IMG/VR virus record: IMGVR_UViG_3300044844_001004
Reading direction: 5' to 3' (one strand)
Source: a virus
Length of the DNA: 64,000 bases
Of this stretch, positions 42,798 to 51,313 are shown piece by piece. The notes beneath the pieces are model-generated. The model had not been told where the DNA came from. It did not search any database and worked only from the letters and a program-made list of their open reading frames with translations. Positions within the stretch are counted from its first letter, which is position 1, and every line of letters starts with the position of its first letter. The translations under genes and the position numbers were made by a program.

Positions 42798-43114
42798 GCT
42801 GGGCCTCCGGTTGACTCATACAGGCACCACGCTAACCCGTCCTCGCCCTCATGAATCACTTGATGCCCGTCATCCATGCACTGTATGAGCAGTGTCCCTG
42901 CGCGGTGTAATGACCACGTGCGGTACTCTGCGTCTTTCGCCGCCCACGCTTCAGCCGCGCGGAGGCAGGCGGCCGGGTCGGTGTTGTATGTGGCGACGGG
43001 CTTCCACGGCCCGTTAAAACGGATCTCGTGCGGCTCCGCGCCAAACTCGGTCGATACCTCCAGTCCCTCGCAGTGCTCGGCAATCCATGCGTCGTGCGCT
43101 CTTGTCCACTTCAT
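42794..43114 (-). CDS. hypothetical protein (106 aa)
   Basis: Internal ATG (MKWTRAHD) gives an ATGA overlap with the upstream stop. Confidence 0.55.
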   Translation of the reverse strand: MKWTRAHDAWIAEHCEGLEVSTEFGAEPHEIRFNGPWKPVATYNTDPAACLRAAEAWAAKDAEYRTWSLHRAGTLLIQCMDDGHQVIHEGEDGLAWCLYESTGGPA

Positions 43115-43344
43115 GCGATCCAATCCTTTCTGCGCTCGATGGCGCGGAGGCGATACGACTCGCGTATCAATTCCCCCTTTGATTTGCACATTAGGTTCAT
43201 CTCCACCCACACGTAGTCTTCAGGCGTTTCAGGATCAAGCTTGATGTAGGCGTCGGTCGCAGCGCGGTCCTTAGCCAACGCCTTCGCCTCCCTCTCCCGC
43301 GCCACCATCAGCCGCTTGCGGGCCATGCGGACGCGGCGGATCAC
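43111..43344 (-). CDS. hypothetical basic protein (77 aa)
   Basis: Track ORF with ATGA coupling. Confidence 0.5.
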   Translation of the reverse strand: MIRRVRMARKRLMVAREREAKALAKDRAATDAYIKLDPETPEDYVWVEMNLMCKSKGELIRESYRLRAIERRKDWIA

Positions 43345-43619
43345 GGCTTCACCTCCGGCGCGGCTTCGACGGCGGCGATGGCGGTGTCGCCACTACCCGT
43401 AGATCGGCCACCTGGACGGAAATACCACTTCGCGCCTTGCGGCCAGTTCCAGCGTTCAATCATCGGGTTAGCACTCCGCTCCACCTTCGCCCAAGCCTTC
43501 GCGCAGCGGGCGAGGTCGGCGATGTCCTCGGCTTGCAGGAAGTTGTCCAGCCAATATTCTGGCGACTTCAAAGCCGCCTCACACTTCTCCGCCAACTCCT
43601 CCAGCCGTTTAGCGTCCAT
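43341..43619 (-). CDS. hypothetical protein (92 aa)
   Basis: Track ORF, coupled. Confidence 0.55.
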   Translation of the reverse strand: MDAKRLEELAEKCEAALKSPEYWLDNFLQAEDIADLARCAKAWAKVERSANPMIERWNWPQGAKWYFRPGGRSTGSGDTAIAAVEAAPEVKP

Positions 43620-43881
43620 CGGTGGTCTCCTTCTTCATCGCGTCCAGCACGCAGCCGTAGAGTGTTGCGCCAACGGACAACTTGCCATCGTTGTAATAGA
43701 TGTTCACCCAGCCGTCTCCCGTGCGCCAGTCCCCGCTGAGTACGATGTCATCCACATGCTTCGCCACCCACTCCCAAGCCGCCAGCGCGTCCGCCCCCAT
43801 GTCCGCCGCGATCTGAGGGTGCAGCACGGACGCCGACGATGTCGTGCCGCGTAGGATGGCGATGGCTTCAGTTGGTTCCAT
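43609..43881 (-). CDS. hypothetical protein (90 aa)
   Basis: Track ORF with overlapping starts and stops. Confidence 0.5.
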   Translation of the reverse strand: MEPTEAIAILRGTTSSASVLHPQIAADMGADALAAWEWVAKHVDDIVLSGDWRTGDGWVNIYYNDGKLSVGATLYGCVLDAMKKETTDGR

Positions 43882-44413
43882 TGGTGGCCTTCTTCTCCAG
43901 TCGGTCGGCTTCGGCGTTGCAAAACCGCGCCGCTAAGTCTCGGTTGTGATAGCTCAGGTCGCTATTGGCAGTTGCCATAAAAAGCCGCGCCATCTCCCGC
44001 AACGCCTCCGCCTTCATCCGGCCCAGCGACTGCGCCGGGGTGCGGGCGCAGACGGCGCGAATGCGGTCGTGAACGTCCAGCCCACAGCCACCACGCCGAT
44101 TGATCCAATCCAGCGCCCCGCGAAGGTCGGCGACGTGCGCCATGGCCTCGTCTCGCTCCCGCTCGGCGGCGTCGGCAGCGTTCGTTTCCGCTAATCCCCG
44201 CAGCCGCTCGTTATCGGCGCGGAGGTCGTCGCGCTCGGCGGTGAGAGCCTTATTTTTTTCCTCTGCCTTCTTCGCCCGCTTAAAAAGGCTGTCGGCTTCC
44301 ACGCGCAACCGAGCCACCTCGTCAATCAGGTTGAAGTCTGGCGGGCGTGGCATACTTTCCTCTTCTTCCGGTTCCCAGCTTTCGCTCATGCCGTCCATTC
44401 CTTGTCCCATCAC
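43868..44413 (-). CDS. hypothetical coiled-coil protein (181 aa)
   Basis: Track ORF containing LRVEADSLFKRAKKAEEKNKALTAERDDLRADNERLRG. Confidence 0.55.
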   Translation of the reverse strand: MMGQGMDGMSESWEPEEEESMPRPPDFNLIDEVARLRVEADSLFKRAKKAEEKNKALTAERDDLRADNERLRGLAETNAADAAERERDEAMAHVADLRGALDWINRRGGCGLDVHDRIRAVCARTPAQSLGRMKAEALREMARLFMATANSDLSYHNRDLAARFCNAEADRLEKKATNGTN

Positions 44414-44871
44414 TTTCCCTCCTCCCGAAGCCGCTGGGCCTCTGCCAATAACTGCTCGTACCGTTCTCGTTGCCCTGCGTCCAAAAGCATCGCCTCAGCC
44501 TCCCGGCGCAGTCCTGTTTCGTCCCATGCGAACCCGCCGAGCGACATGTCCAGGAGCTTCATCACCGCACCCTCCCGCCGCTGTTGGGCGTCGCGGGCAG
44601 CGAGCCATTGCCGCAACTGCTCTTCGTTGCCAAGCCCGTCGAAGTAGTCGCACAGGTTTTCCGGGTCGAGTCGGCGGATGATATCCACCCAGTGTCGAGA
44701 CTCGTCCGCGACAGCCCGTGCTTTCTCCCCTTCCAACTCCCGCACGTAGGCCAGGATGCCGGGGAAGGATCGGTAGCACTCAGCCACAAACTGCTCGTTT
44801 TTCGGCCCGTGGATCTCGGCCATCGCGTATTCGTGCAGCCGCGCCAGTTCGTCCAACTTCGATTTATCCAC
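44410..44871 (-). CDS. hypothetical protein (153 aa)
   Basis: Track ORF with an ATGA overlap downstream. Confidence 0.55.
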   Translation of the reverse strand: MDKSKLDELARLHEYAMAEIHGPKNEQFVAECYRSFPGILAYVRELEGEKARAVADESRHWVDIIRRLDPENLCDYFDGLGNEEQLRQWLAARDAQQRREGAVMKLLDMSLGGFAWDETGLRREAEAMLLDAGQRERYEQLLAEAQRLREEGK

Positions 44872-45664
44872 CGTGGGCCTCCTTGTATTTGGCGATTAGG
44901 GTGAGGGCGGAATACAGGTCGTCTGTATCGGTCGATACATCCTCTCGCCCTAGTTTTTTCAGTACGGTTAGCCGGAACGCAGCGCTATTTAGCGCCTTTT
45001 CCGCCGCCGCGATCACCTCCGCCGCTTTCTCCAGCCGAGTTTCAGCGTTGAACAGTTCGACAGCCAGCTCCGCGTGCTTGATTTGAAGTTGCGGCAGTTC
45101 AAGAGCCTCCGCCGCCGTGGGCTGCTGGGCCTCGCGGGGCTGTGACAGTAGCGGGATAAGCGCGTCTAGCGCATGGAGAGCAACCAGAATATTCGACTGC
45201 CGAGAACTGTCATCGAGAGCCAGCTTGATCTCCGGTCCAACGCCACCTAAGTGGTAACGGATCGCCGGAAGATCACGGCGTAACCGATCAAGCAGAGATT
45301 CATGGATCGCCACGCTGGCCTCGGCCGTCTTCGGCCTCACCCTCCAGCCGTGGCAGAGAGGGTCTTTGCAGTCGGCGCACGGCACCACTTCAAATCCTTC
45401 GCGGTCCAGCACCGCCTGGCCGCCGTACATTTCAATCCACCGCTCTTTTGTGACCTTGCTGGCCTCGCGGGCTTCGGCTTCGGCGAGGAGGGCGCGGTAG
45501 CGGTCAAGTTGGTTGTGTAGTTCGTTGCCCGCCGCCATTAGACCCTGCCGCGCAGGATGGCTCTTAGTGGCCGATGTTATCGACGTGATGAGATTGCAGG
45601 TGTTGATGTGTGATTCCACCGCGCCCCGCAACCACTCCGCGCTCCGCTCGTTACTCGGCGACAT
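44864..45664 (-). CDS. hypothetical protein (266 aa)
   Basis: Internal ATG (MSPSNERS) is preceded by GGAGGTG. The longer track form overlaps the paralog gene. Confidence 0.55.
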   Translation of the reverse strand: MSPSNERSAEWLRGAVESHINTCNLITSITSATKSHPARQGLMAAGNELHNQLDRYRALLAEAEAREASKVTKERWIEMYGGQAVLDREGFEVVPCADCKDPLCHGWRVRPKTAEASVAIHESLLDRLRRDLPAIRYHLGGVGPEIKLALDDSSRQSNILVALHALDALIPLLSQPREAQQPTAAEALELPQLQIKHAELAVELFNAETRLEKAAEVIAAAEKALNSAAFRLTVLKKLGREDVSTDTDDLYSALTLIAKYKEAHGG

Positions 45665-45872
45665 GCAGCACCTCCGCGTTTTCTGCCTCAATCCGCCACT
45701 CTTCCAACAGGCACCCAAAATCGCAGCGCAATCCATGCACGTCGATTTCGTACCATACGCTCATCTCATTGCTGGCCTTTACCTGCCGAATAGCTCCGGA
45801 TTTTGACTTGATTCCATCCCCCGGCCTCGGATCTTTGCGTGGGTCACGTTCGTTACTTTCCGGCATCTTCAA
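45651..45872 (-). CDS. hypothetical small protein, paralog of 40876..41094
   Basis: 73 aa with ERDPRKDPRPGD ... AEVLHVAE. Two ~21-nt stretches are nearly identical to the paralog at the DNA level. Confidence 0.65.
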   Translation of the reverse strand: MKMPESNERDPRKDPRPGDGIKSKSGAIRQVKASNEMSVWYEIDVHGLRCDFGCLLEEWRIEAENAEVLHVAE

Positions 45873-46032
45873 ACCTCCGTGCGATCTCTTCCTGTTCCGG
45901 CGTGCATCGCGTCATCGCCTCCGCGCACTGCTCGGGCGTAGCGTGGTTGATGGCGTGGGCAAGCCGCCGTGATTGATACACTCCAAGAAATCTTGCATAC
46001 GAATCCCAGACAGACTGATGTTCAGCTACCAT
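45853..46032 (-). CDS. hypothetical protein (59 aa)
   Basis: Internal ATG (MVAEHQSV) is preceded by GAAGGAGG. The N-terminal part of the track ORF is Arg-rich and probably not coding. Confidence 0.4.
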   Translation of the reverse strand: MVAEHQSVWDSYARFLGVYQSRRLAHAINHATPEQCAEAMTRCTPEQEEIARRFEDAGK

Positions 46033-46342
46033 GCTTGGCCTCCTTCGGCTGCGCGGGGATGGGGGTCCAGAGCGTAAACTCCATTGTCGCCACGCCGTCC
46101 CCGCACATAATCGTCCAGTCGTCGTAGTGCTTACTCCAAATAACCTGGAATGCCATGCGGCGCTCCGGTGACCACGCGAGGATGTACCCATCCTTCGGCG
46201 CGCTCTCCATCGAACGCCACCGCCGCGCCTCGTACTCATGAATTATGGCGTCGGCAATTTGGTCCCAAGTGTAAAGCTTACCTCCGTTAATCGGGCTACC
46301 ATACAGCGATGCAGCCAACTGCCCTAAAGGTCTATCGCTCAT
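46022..46342 (-). CDS. hypothetical protein (106 aa, ESAPKDG...LWTPIP motif)
   Basis: Internal ATG (MSDRPLGQ) is preceded by AAGGAAG. Confidence 0.5.
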   Translation of the reverse strand: MSDRPLGQLAASLYGSPINGGKLYTWDQIADAIIHEYEARRWRSMESAPKDGYILAWSPERRMAFQVIWSKHYDDWTIMCGDGVATMEFTLWTPIPAQPKEAKHGS

Positions 46343-46910
46343 CTCTGCTTCCTTTGATGGATGATGGCTGCCTTGATGGCAGCTTGGATTTATGAGTTCG
46401 CCCTGTGAGATGATTCCAGTTTTCTCCAGAGCAAATATTTGAAATGCAGGGCCTGCTAACGCCAAGGTCAGCGGCAACCGCCGTCATTGTTCTCCCTGAA
46501 TCAACTTGCTCAATGGCCCACAAGACCTGGGCTGAAGAAAGGATGGCGAAATTAGACCTCTCTCCAAGCACCTTGGTTCCGTGAAGGATCTTGTCAGCTT
46601 CGTTTTCTGCTGGCGTGCCGATCTTCAAATTACTGATATTCCTGTTCATCGGGTCGCCGTCGAGATGCCGAACATACAACTTCGAGCCGAGAGAATGCCC
46701 AAGAAAAGCACACGCCATACACATGTGTACTGTTTGCGTCATGCCAGTCTCACGGCCTCGATTGACTACAAGGCATAAGTAAACGCTTGGGTATCCACGC
46801 TTCGATATGTAGATATTTTTTACTTTGCCAGTTACGCGATTGCGCACCCTGCCTTTATTACTTACCTCATAGCGAGTGGCGAATGGGATCACTTTCCATG
46901 TCTCAGCCAT
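46332..46910 (-). CDS. HNH homing endonuclease with NUMOD4-like N-terminus
   Basis: WKVIPFATRYEVSNKGRVRN is NUMOD4-like, and YVRHLDGDPMNRNISNLKIGTPAEN is HNH_3-like. The gene is clearly AT-richer than its flanks. Confidence 0.8.
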   Translation of the reverse strand: MAETWKVIPFATRYEVSNKGRVRNRVTGKVKNIYISKRGYPSVYLCLVVNRGRETGMTQTVHMCMACAFLGHSLGSKLYVRHLDGDPMNRNISNLKIGTPAENEADKILHGTKVLGERSNFAILSSAQVLWAIEQVDSGRTMTAVAADLGVSRPCISNICSGENWNHLTGRTHKSKLPSRQPSSIKGSRDER

Positions 46911-47256
46911 TCCCCACCTCCTCCCGCGCGGGCGGCGGCGGCAGTTGCGGACGGTAGAAGTGGGTGTATCCGCTCTTTATCGCTTCAGACTTGCTCATAT
47001 GGCCGCAGTTTCCAAAGCACCATCGCTCTGGAGGTTGTCCGTACCACCAGCCCCATCGCCCGAGTATCGTGGCTTGGTTGAATGCCTCATGGTCCGCCAT
47101 CTCCGCAATCGGCCGCCAGCCACACTCAGCGCGGGCGGCGCGGATGGCGGCCAGGGCGTCTACGTAGGCCTCCTGTGATTGAGTGGTCATAGGATGCTCA
47201 ACCTCACCACGAACAAGCTCCAGCGCCTCTTCCGCCAGCTTCAAAACGTCGGTCAT
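46903..47256 (-). CDS. hypothetical protein (117 aa)
   Basis: Track ORF with a W-rich C-terminus ending THFYRPQLPPPP. Confidence 0.55.
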   Translation of the reverse strand: MTDVLKLAEEALELVRGEVEHPMTTQSQEAYVDALAAIRAARAECGWRPIAEMADHEAFNQATILGRWGWWYGQPPERWCFGNCGHMSKSEAIKSGYTHFYRPQLPPPPAREEVGNG

Positions 47257-47681
47257 ATAGCTCCATTCCCCTTCCGCCGGCGCTCCCGTAACGCGCGGTT
47301 ATTCTTGCGTTTCCGCGCCCCCTGGCACTTCACCTTGCGGCAGTATTCCTGATTTGGAGTTGTTGTCTCGCAAGTCTGCCGGCAGTGCTTGCAGTTGAAC
47401 GTCATCGGCGGATCTGGCTGGATGTTAGTCACCCCGGTCCGAACAACGAACACCCGGTCCCGCAGGCGCATCGTCGAAACTGTGATCCCAACGCGCCTGG
47501 CAGCGCAGTGGATCGACGACACGGCCGCGGATGACGTCTGCCCTTTCAGTTCCACGCGAACTGCTTGATCGGGCGCCAGGAGGCGCATTGTGCGGGCCAT
47601 CGCCAGCCACTCGCCGTAGTGCTCATTGGTCGATGGTGTAGGTGGAGGAATAGCGCTGCGGGGGATGATGGAGTAGGTCAC
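47253..47681 (-). CDS. hypothetical protein with C-terminal Cys cluster and basic tail (142 aa)
   Basis: Track ORF containing CKHCRQTCETTTPNQEYCRKVKCQGARKRKNNR. Confidence 0.55.
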   Translation of the reverse strand: MTYSIIPRSAIPPPTPSTNEHYGEWLAMARTMRLLAPDQAVRVELKGQTSSAAVSSIHCAARRVGITVSTMRLRDRVFVVRTGVTNIQPDPPMTFNCKHCRQTCETTTPNQEYCRKVKCQGARKRKNNRALRERRRKGNGAI

Positions 47682-47866
47682 CGCAACTCCGCCAGGTCCG
47701 CTCTCGCCGCGGCAAACTCAGCATCTCTCGCATCCCGGGCCCGCGCGTCGGCCAGCAGTAGGCGAGCAAACCGACGCTCCACCGTGGCAACTCCGGTGTA
47801 CATGATCCAGCCGGCGCCGGCCATCGCTGCCAGCACAGAAACTCCCATGATGAGTTGCATAATCAT
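47678..47866 (-). CDS. hypothetical membrane protein (62 aa)
   Basis: Internal ATG is preceded by GAGGAAAGGGAA. Sequence begins MIMQLIMGVSVLAAMAGAGWIMY... Confidence 0.45.
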   Translation of the reverse strand: MIMQLIMGVSVLAAMAGAGWIMYTGVATVERRFARLLLADARARDARDAEFAAARADLAELR

Positions 47867-48078
47867 TTCCCTTTCCTCTTCGGTAAATCCGCTTGCACTA
47901 GCGACCGAACGTACTCGCTCACGTTCAGCCCAAGTTGCGCTGCTCGCTCCTCCATCGAATCGTGCATGGATGGTCGGAGCATGACCACCAGCATTTTTGA
48001 AAGTTTTTCTCGCATCCACTCCAGTATAGATGATTACATATATGGATGCAATGGGATTATGGAGGTTATTTCGAGCCG

Positions 48079-48543
48079 TTACTTGCCTGAAACCCAAGCG
48101 CCGTGAGCCTGCCTATGGTGTTTCAAACACAGCCATTTCACGTCGAGTGGCTTCGAGTAGTCTTCGTGGTGTGCTTCAGACTTGGCATCCCCACATACCT
48201 CGCATGAAAGACGAACTAGCCGGCCATCTCTGATCGCATTTGCTACAGCTTGGCGACTCCGATACTTATCAGGGTGATTCTTCCTGAATTTCTGTTGAGT
48301 AGTCAACTTACTTGCTTTTCTTTCGGGACGCTGGTTCCTTCCCTTGTCGTATTCACGAATAACTTCGTGCTTGTCGACGTACCGGACTTTAACGTCCTTC
48401 TTCGTGCAAGTCTTGCACTTTCCAAGGTGGCCGTCTGCCATCATTGGGTGACTGTAAAAGTCTCCAATTGGAAAGACATGCCCACACTTGAAGCATCTCT
48501 TGCTTGGTGATTCAGTTTGGTGTAACTGGCAAACTTGATTCAT
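48079..48543 (-). CDS. HNH endonuclease
   Basis: CEVCGDAKSEAHHEDYSKPLDVKWLCLKHHRQAH is the HNH signature. N-terminal CxxC pairs are present. The gene is AT-richer than its flanks. Confidence 0.8.
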   Translation of the reverse strand: MNQVCQLHQTESPSKRCFKCGHVFPIGDFYSHPMMADGHLGKCKTCTKKDVKVRYVDKHEVIREYDKGRNQRPERKASKLTTQQKFRKNHPDKYRSRQAVANAIRDGRLVRLSCEVCGDAKSEAHHEDYSKPLDVKWLCLKHHRQAHGAWVSGK

Positions 48544-48574
48544 GAGTGGGCACTCCTTTTATTAAAAACCTGTA

Positions 48575-48997
48575 TCAAAACGGGACTGATCCGTCGTCCT
48601 CATCATCCACAGGTGCCTGCGCCGCCGGCCGAGAACTCCGCGGCTGCGAGACAAGCCCGCCTTGATCCTGCCGCTCGCGCTTCTCCCAGATCGGAACGTG
48701 GATTAGGTCGGCAACCACGACCATCTTCGACTTCTTCTCGCCGGTCTTCTTGTCCTCCCAGGACTCGCTATCCAAGCGCCCGGTGACTGTGATGGCGGCG
48801 CCCTTGCGGAGCATGTCCATAGCCGACTCCGGCTGGTTCCATGCTTTAATATCCACCCAGCAGGTGCGGGGTTTGTCTTTTGTCCCGGTGTTCAGCGCGA
48901 TCGAGAAACTAGTGATCGAGTGGCCGGATGGCAGGTGTTTCATTTCGGCATCGCGGCCGAGGTGACCTGTGATGAGTACGGAGTTATTGTGTGGCAC
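48575..48997 (-). CDS. ssb: single-stranded DNA-binding protein
   Basis: A GTG start is preceded by AAGGAAA. It has an OB-fold-like core (VLITGHLGRDAEMKHL...VTVTGRL) and an acidic tip DDEDDGSVPF typical of SSB. Confidence 0.8.
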   Translation of the reverse strand: MPHNNSVLITGHLGRDAEMKHLPSGHSITSFSIALNTGTKDKPRTCWVDIKAWNQPESAMDMLRKGAAITVTGRLDSESWEDKKTGEKKSKMVVVADLIHVPIWEKRERQDQGGLVSQPRSSRPAAQAPVDDEDDGSVPF

Positions 48998-49823
48998 AGT
49001 TATTTTCCTTTGGGTAACGGCAATCGTTATGATAGACCTGCTTCTCGCTTTTGAACCACTGCGGACCTGTCCCGTGCCAGCTATCCGAAGTCGGGCAGTA
49101 ACCCCATGTAAACCGGCCACCGCATTTACAGCACCGGGAGAATGCCCAGCGTTTGAAGTCCTGGATAGGGTGGATCTGTATGCGCCAGTGGTGGATGTGC
49201 CAGCGTGGGTGTTGCCACCAGCGGCGATGGAATCGGCGGTAGGCAATCAGCACGCATTTGAAGAACGTGCGTACGGCTCGCTCCCTGTCTAAGTCGTTCA
49301 GGCAACTTTGGATATTGTCGTGAGGGTACTGCGACAACTGAACCACTTGCCACCATTCGGCAGTGCTGAGTGACGCCACCTTGCGCCATCCGCCGTGGTC
49401 CTTTCCGGTGGAGTGGGCGATCTGCTTCGCCACCAGCATCCACGCGCAGGCGGTTAGGGCGAGCGCGTCTCCTGGCAGTAGCTCGCCGTATTCATACTCG
49501 GGATTCCTAACTCGATGCGGGATCGAATCCGAGATAAAGGTGTGAGATGAGCGGTCATCTTTGCACAACTCGTCCAGTATTTGGCGGTCGGCGGCGGTAA
49601 GCGTTGGCCGGCTAAATCCGCAATAATCATCAGTGCCGTCCGTTTCCGGATCTACGTGCCAGATCGTCACCAGCGCCGGCCGGTAGTCGCCGATACTGCC
49701 GTCCTTCATGCGCCCTCGGAATGGGCTTGGAATAGTCCAAGCAACTGTCATTGGATCGTGCATATTACCCTCCGCGAGCCGATCAACCCAGCCTGAATCT
49801 CCCCAGACGTCAGACCAAGCCAA
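48984..49823 (-). CDS. hypothetical protein with W/H/R-rich C-terminal region (279 aa)
   Basis: Track ORF. No family recognised. Confidence 0.55.
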   Translation of the reverse strand: MAWSDVWGDSGWVDRLAEGNMHDPMTVAWTIPSPFRGRMKDGSIGDYRPALVTIWHVDPETDGTDDYCGFSRPTLTAADRQILDELCKDDRSSHTFISDSIPHRVRNPEYEYGELLPGDALALTACAWMLVAKQIAHSTGKDHGGWRKVASLSTAEWWQVVQLSQYPHDNIQSCLNDLDRERAVRTFFKCVLIAYRRFHRRWWQHPRWHIHHWRIQIHPIQDFKRWAFSRCCKCGGRFTWGYCPTSDSWHGTGPQWFKSEKQVYHNDCRYPKENNCATQ

Positions 49824-49860
49824 TCGGCTCGCGCAAGGCCCGCCGAAGCGGGCGCTGCGG

Positions 49861-50367
49861 TTAGTACGTGGTGGACAGGAGGACTTCGCGTTCGCACGCC
49901 GCCGCGACCGAGGCGCGCGCCTTCCGTCTGTCAGCGTGATATCGATTTATTATTTTCACGCATGCTTTACAGTAATCGTGCAACCCATCTCCCCTGGCGG
50001 CGCATTTATTGAAATCAGTCCTTGGTACAGGTCGCTTGCATCGTCCGCAAACCTTATCTCTGTCTGGATTGCCGCCAGCCTTTACTATGTTCATGCGAGC
50101 ATGAATCATTCTGTGGTAAGCCTCATCCTGGCAGATAACCAAGTTCTGGTTCCTACAATCGCCTCTGTCTTCGTTGATGTGGTGCACGCTGGCCATTGGC
50201 GGCAATGGCTTGCCGAGAGCTTTTTCTGCAACGACTATGTGTTCCAAGACATAACCGTTGCTGTTTGATCTCGGGTGGTCTGGCATGAGCAACGTAGGGT
50301 AACCACACACTTTGGACCTTCCGCTGCCCCGCCCCATCTGGGCCAGTACGCCTGTGATGTCGTTCAT
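49861..50367 (-). CDS. HNH endonuclease (HNH_3-like)
   Basis: Internal ATG is preceded by GGAGAGAAGGAA. The HNH region reads YVLEHIVVAEKALGKPLPPMASVHHINEDRGDCRNQNLVICQDEAYH. The gene is AT-richer than its flanks. Confidence 0.75.
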   Translation of the reverse strand: MNDITGVLAQMGRGSGRSKVCGYPTLLMPDHPRSNSNGYVLEHIVVAEKALGKPLPPMASVHHINEDRGDCRNQNLVICQDEAYHRMIHARMNIVKAGGNPDRDKVCGRCKRPVPRTDFNKCAARGDGLHDYCKACVKIINRYHADRRKARASVAAACEREVLLSTTY

Positions 50368-50413
50368 GTTGGTTCCTTCTCTCCAGGATTCCCGCTCCTG
50401 GTTGCGGCTGGAT

Positions 50414-51313
50414 TTACTGCGGAGCGTCCTCGGTGATCGGCGCATCAAACTCATTCGCCGTCGCCTTGTTCTCTTCGTGGATGGTATCCGTCAAGAACTT
50501 CTGCTCAGGCTTGGAGAGCGCAGAGAAGAACGCCTTGTACGCGACCATCCCCTCGCTCGCCGCCATGCGAGACTGCCGCTTCAGCTTTTCGCCAGCATCG
50601 GACGCCGGCGCTAGTTCGTTCCATTGGCGGATCTTCTCGCCATCCTCCTTGGTCAGCATCTTCGGCGCGGAGAACATCGCCTGAAACTGCTCAGGGAGTT
50701 TGATCGGTTTCGCCAGGTGGGTCATCTCCTCGACGAGAAAGGACACGATCATCTCGTATGGGAAATTCTTCTCCGACACCGGCAGGATGCCCAGCGGGAT
50801 CACGTGCTCTTTGCCGTCCGAGGAGTCGCGCTTGTCGATAATCTTCGACTTCTCGCGGGCTCGCAGGCAGACAATAATGTGCATGTTCGAGTTGAGCAGC
50901 CGCATCACGAACCGCTTGTTCTCGCGCTTGGCACGGTTCCAGCGGCCTTTATCAGCCTCGGCGATGTCAGTACATCCTCCGATGCCTTCCCACTCGTGAG
51001 AGGCGCTGTCGATGACCACGACCTCGTACCCCGCTCGCTCAAACTCGTCGATCGCCTCGATGTATCGAGCCGGCGTGAATGGTGCCGTGAGCTCGATGAC
51101 GTCGTAGGTTTGCGGGATGGCGGCCATGATCCCCGGGGAGTCGGCGTACATGCAGCCGCGCCCATTCTCCGTGTCAATGAACCCGATCTTTCCTCCTGGC
51201 TTGGCAAGGCCGCCGGCGAGGAGTAGCGCGGAGTAAGTTTTGCCTGAACCAGAAACACCGGAGATCGACATAATGAGGTTGACGGCGTGGCGAACTGCCT
51301 TCTTGATAATCAT
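50414..51313 (-). CDS. Sak4-like RecA-core ATPase (AAA_24-type)
   Basis: Walker A is ISGVSGSGKTYSAL and Walker B is VVVIDSASHEWEG. It sits in a recombination-module context. Confidence 0.7.
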   Translation of the reverse strand: MIIKKAVRHAVNLIMSISGVSGSGKTYSALLLAGGLAKPGGKIGFIDTENGRGCMYADSPGIMAAIPQTYDVIELTAPFTPARYIEAIDEFERAGYEVVVIDSASHEWEGIGGCTDIAEADKGRWNRAKRENKRFVMRLLNSNMHIIVCLRAREKSKIIDKRDSSDGKEHVIPLGILPVSEKNFPYEMIVSFLVEEMTHLAKPIKLPEQFQAMFSAPKMLTKEDGEKIRQWNELAPASDAGEKLKRQSRMAASEGMVAYKAFFSALSKPEQKFLTDTIHEENKATANEFDAPITEDAPQ

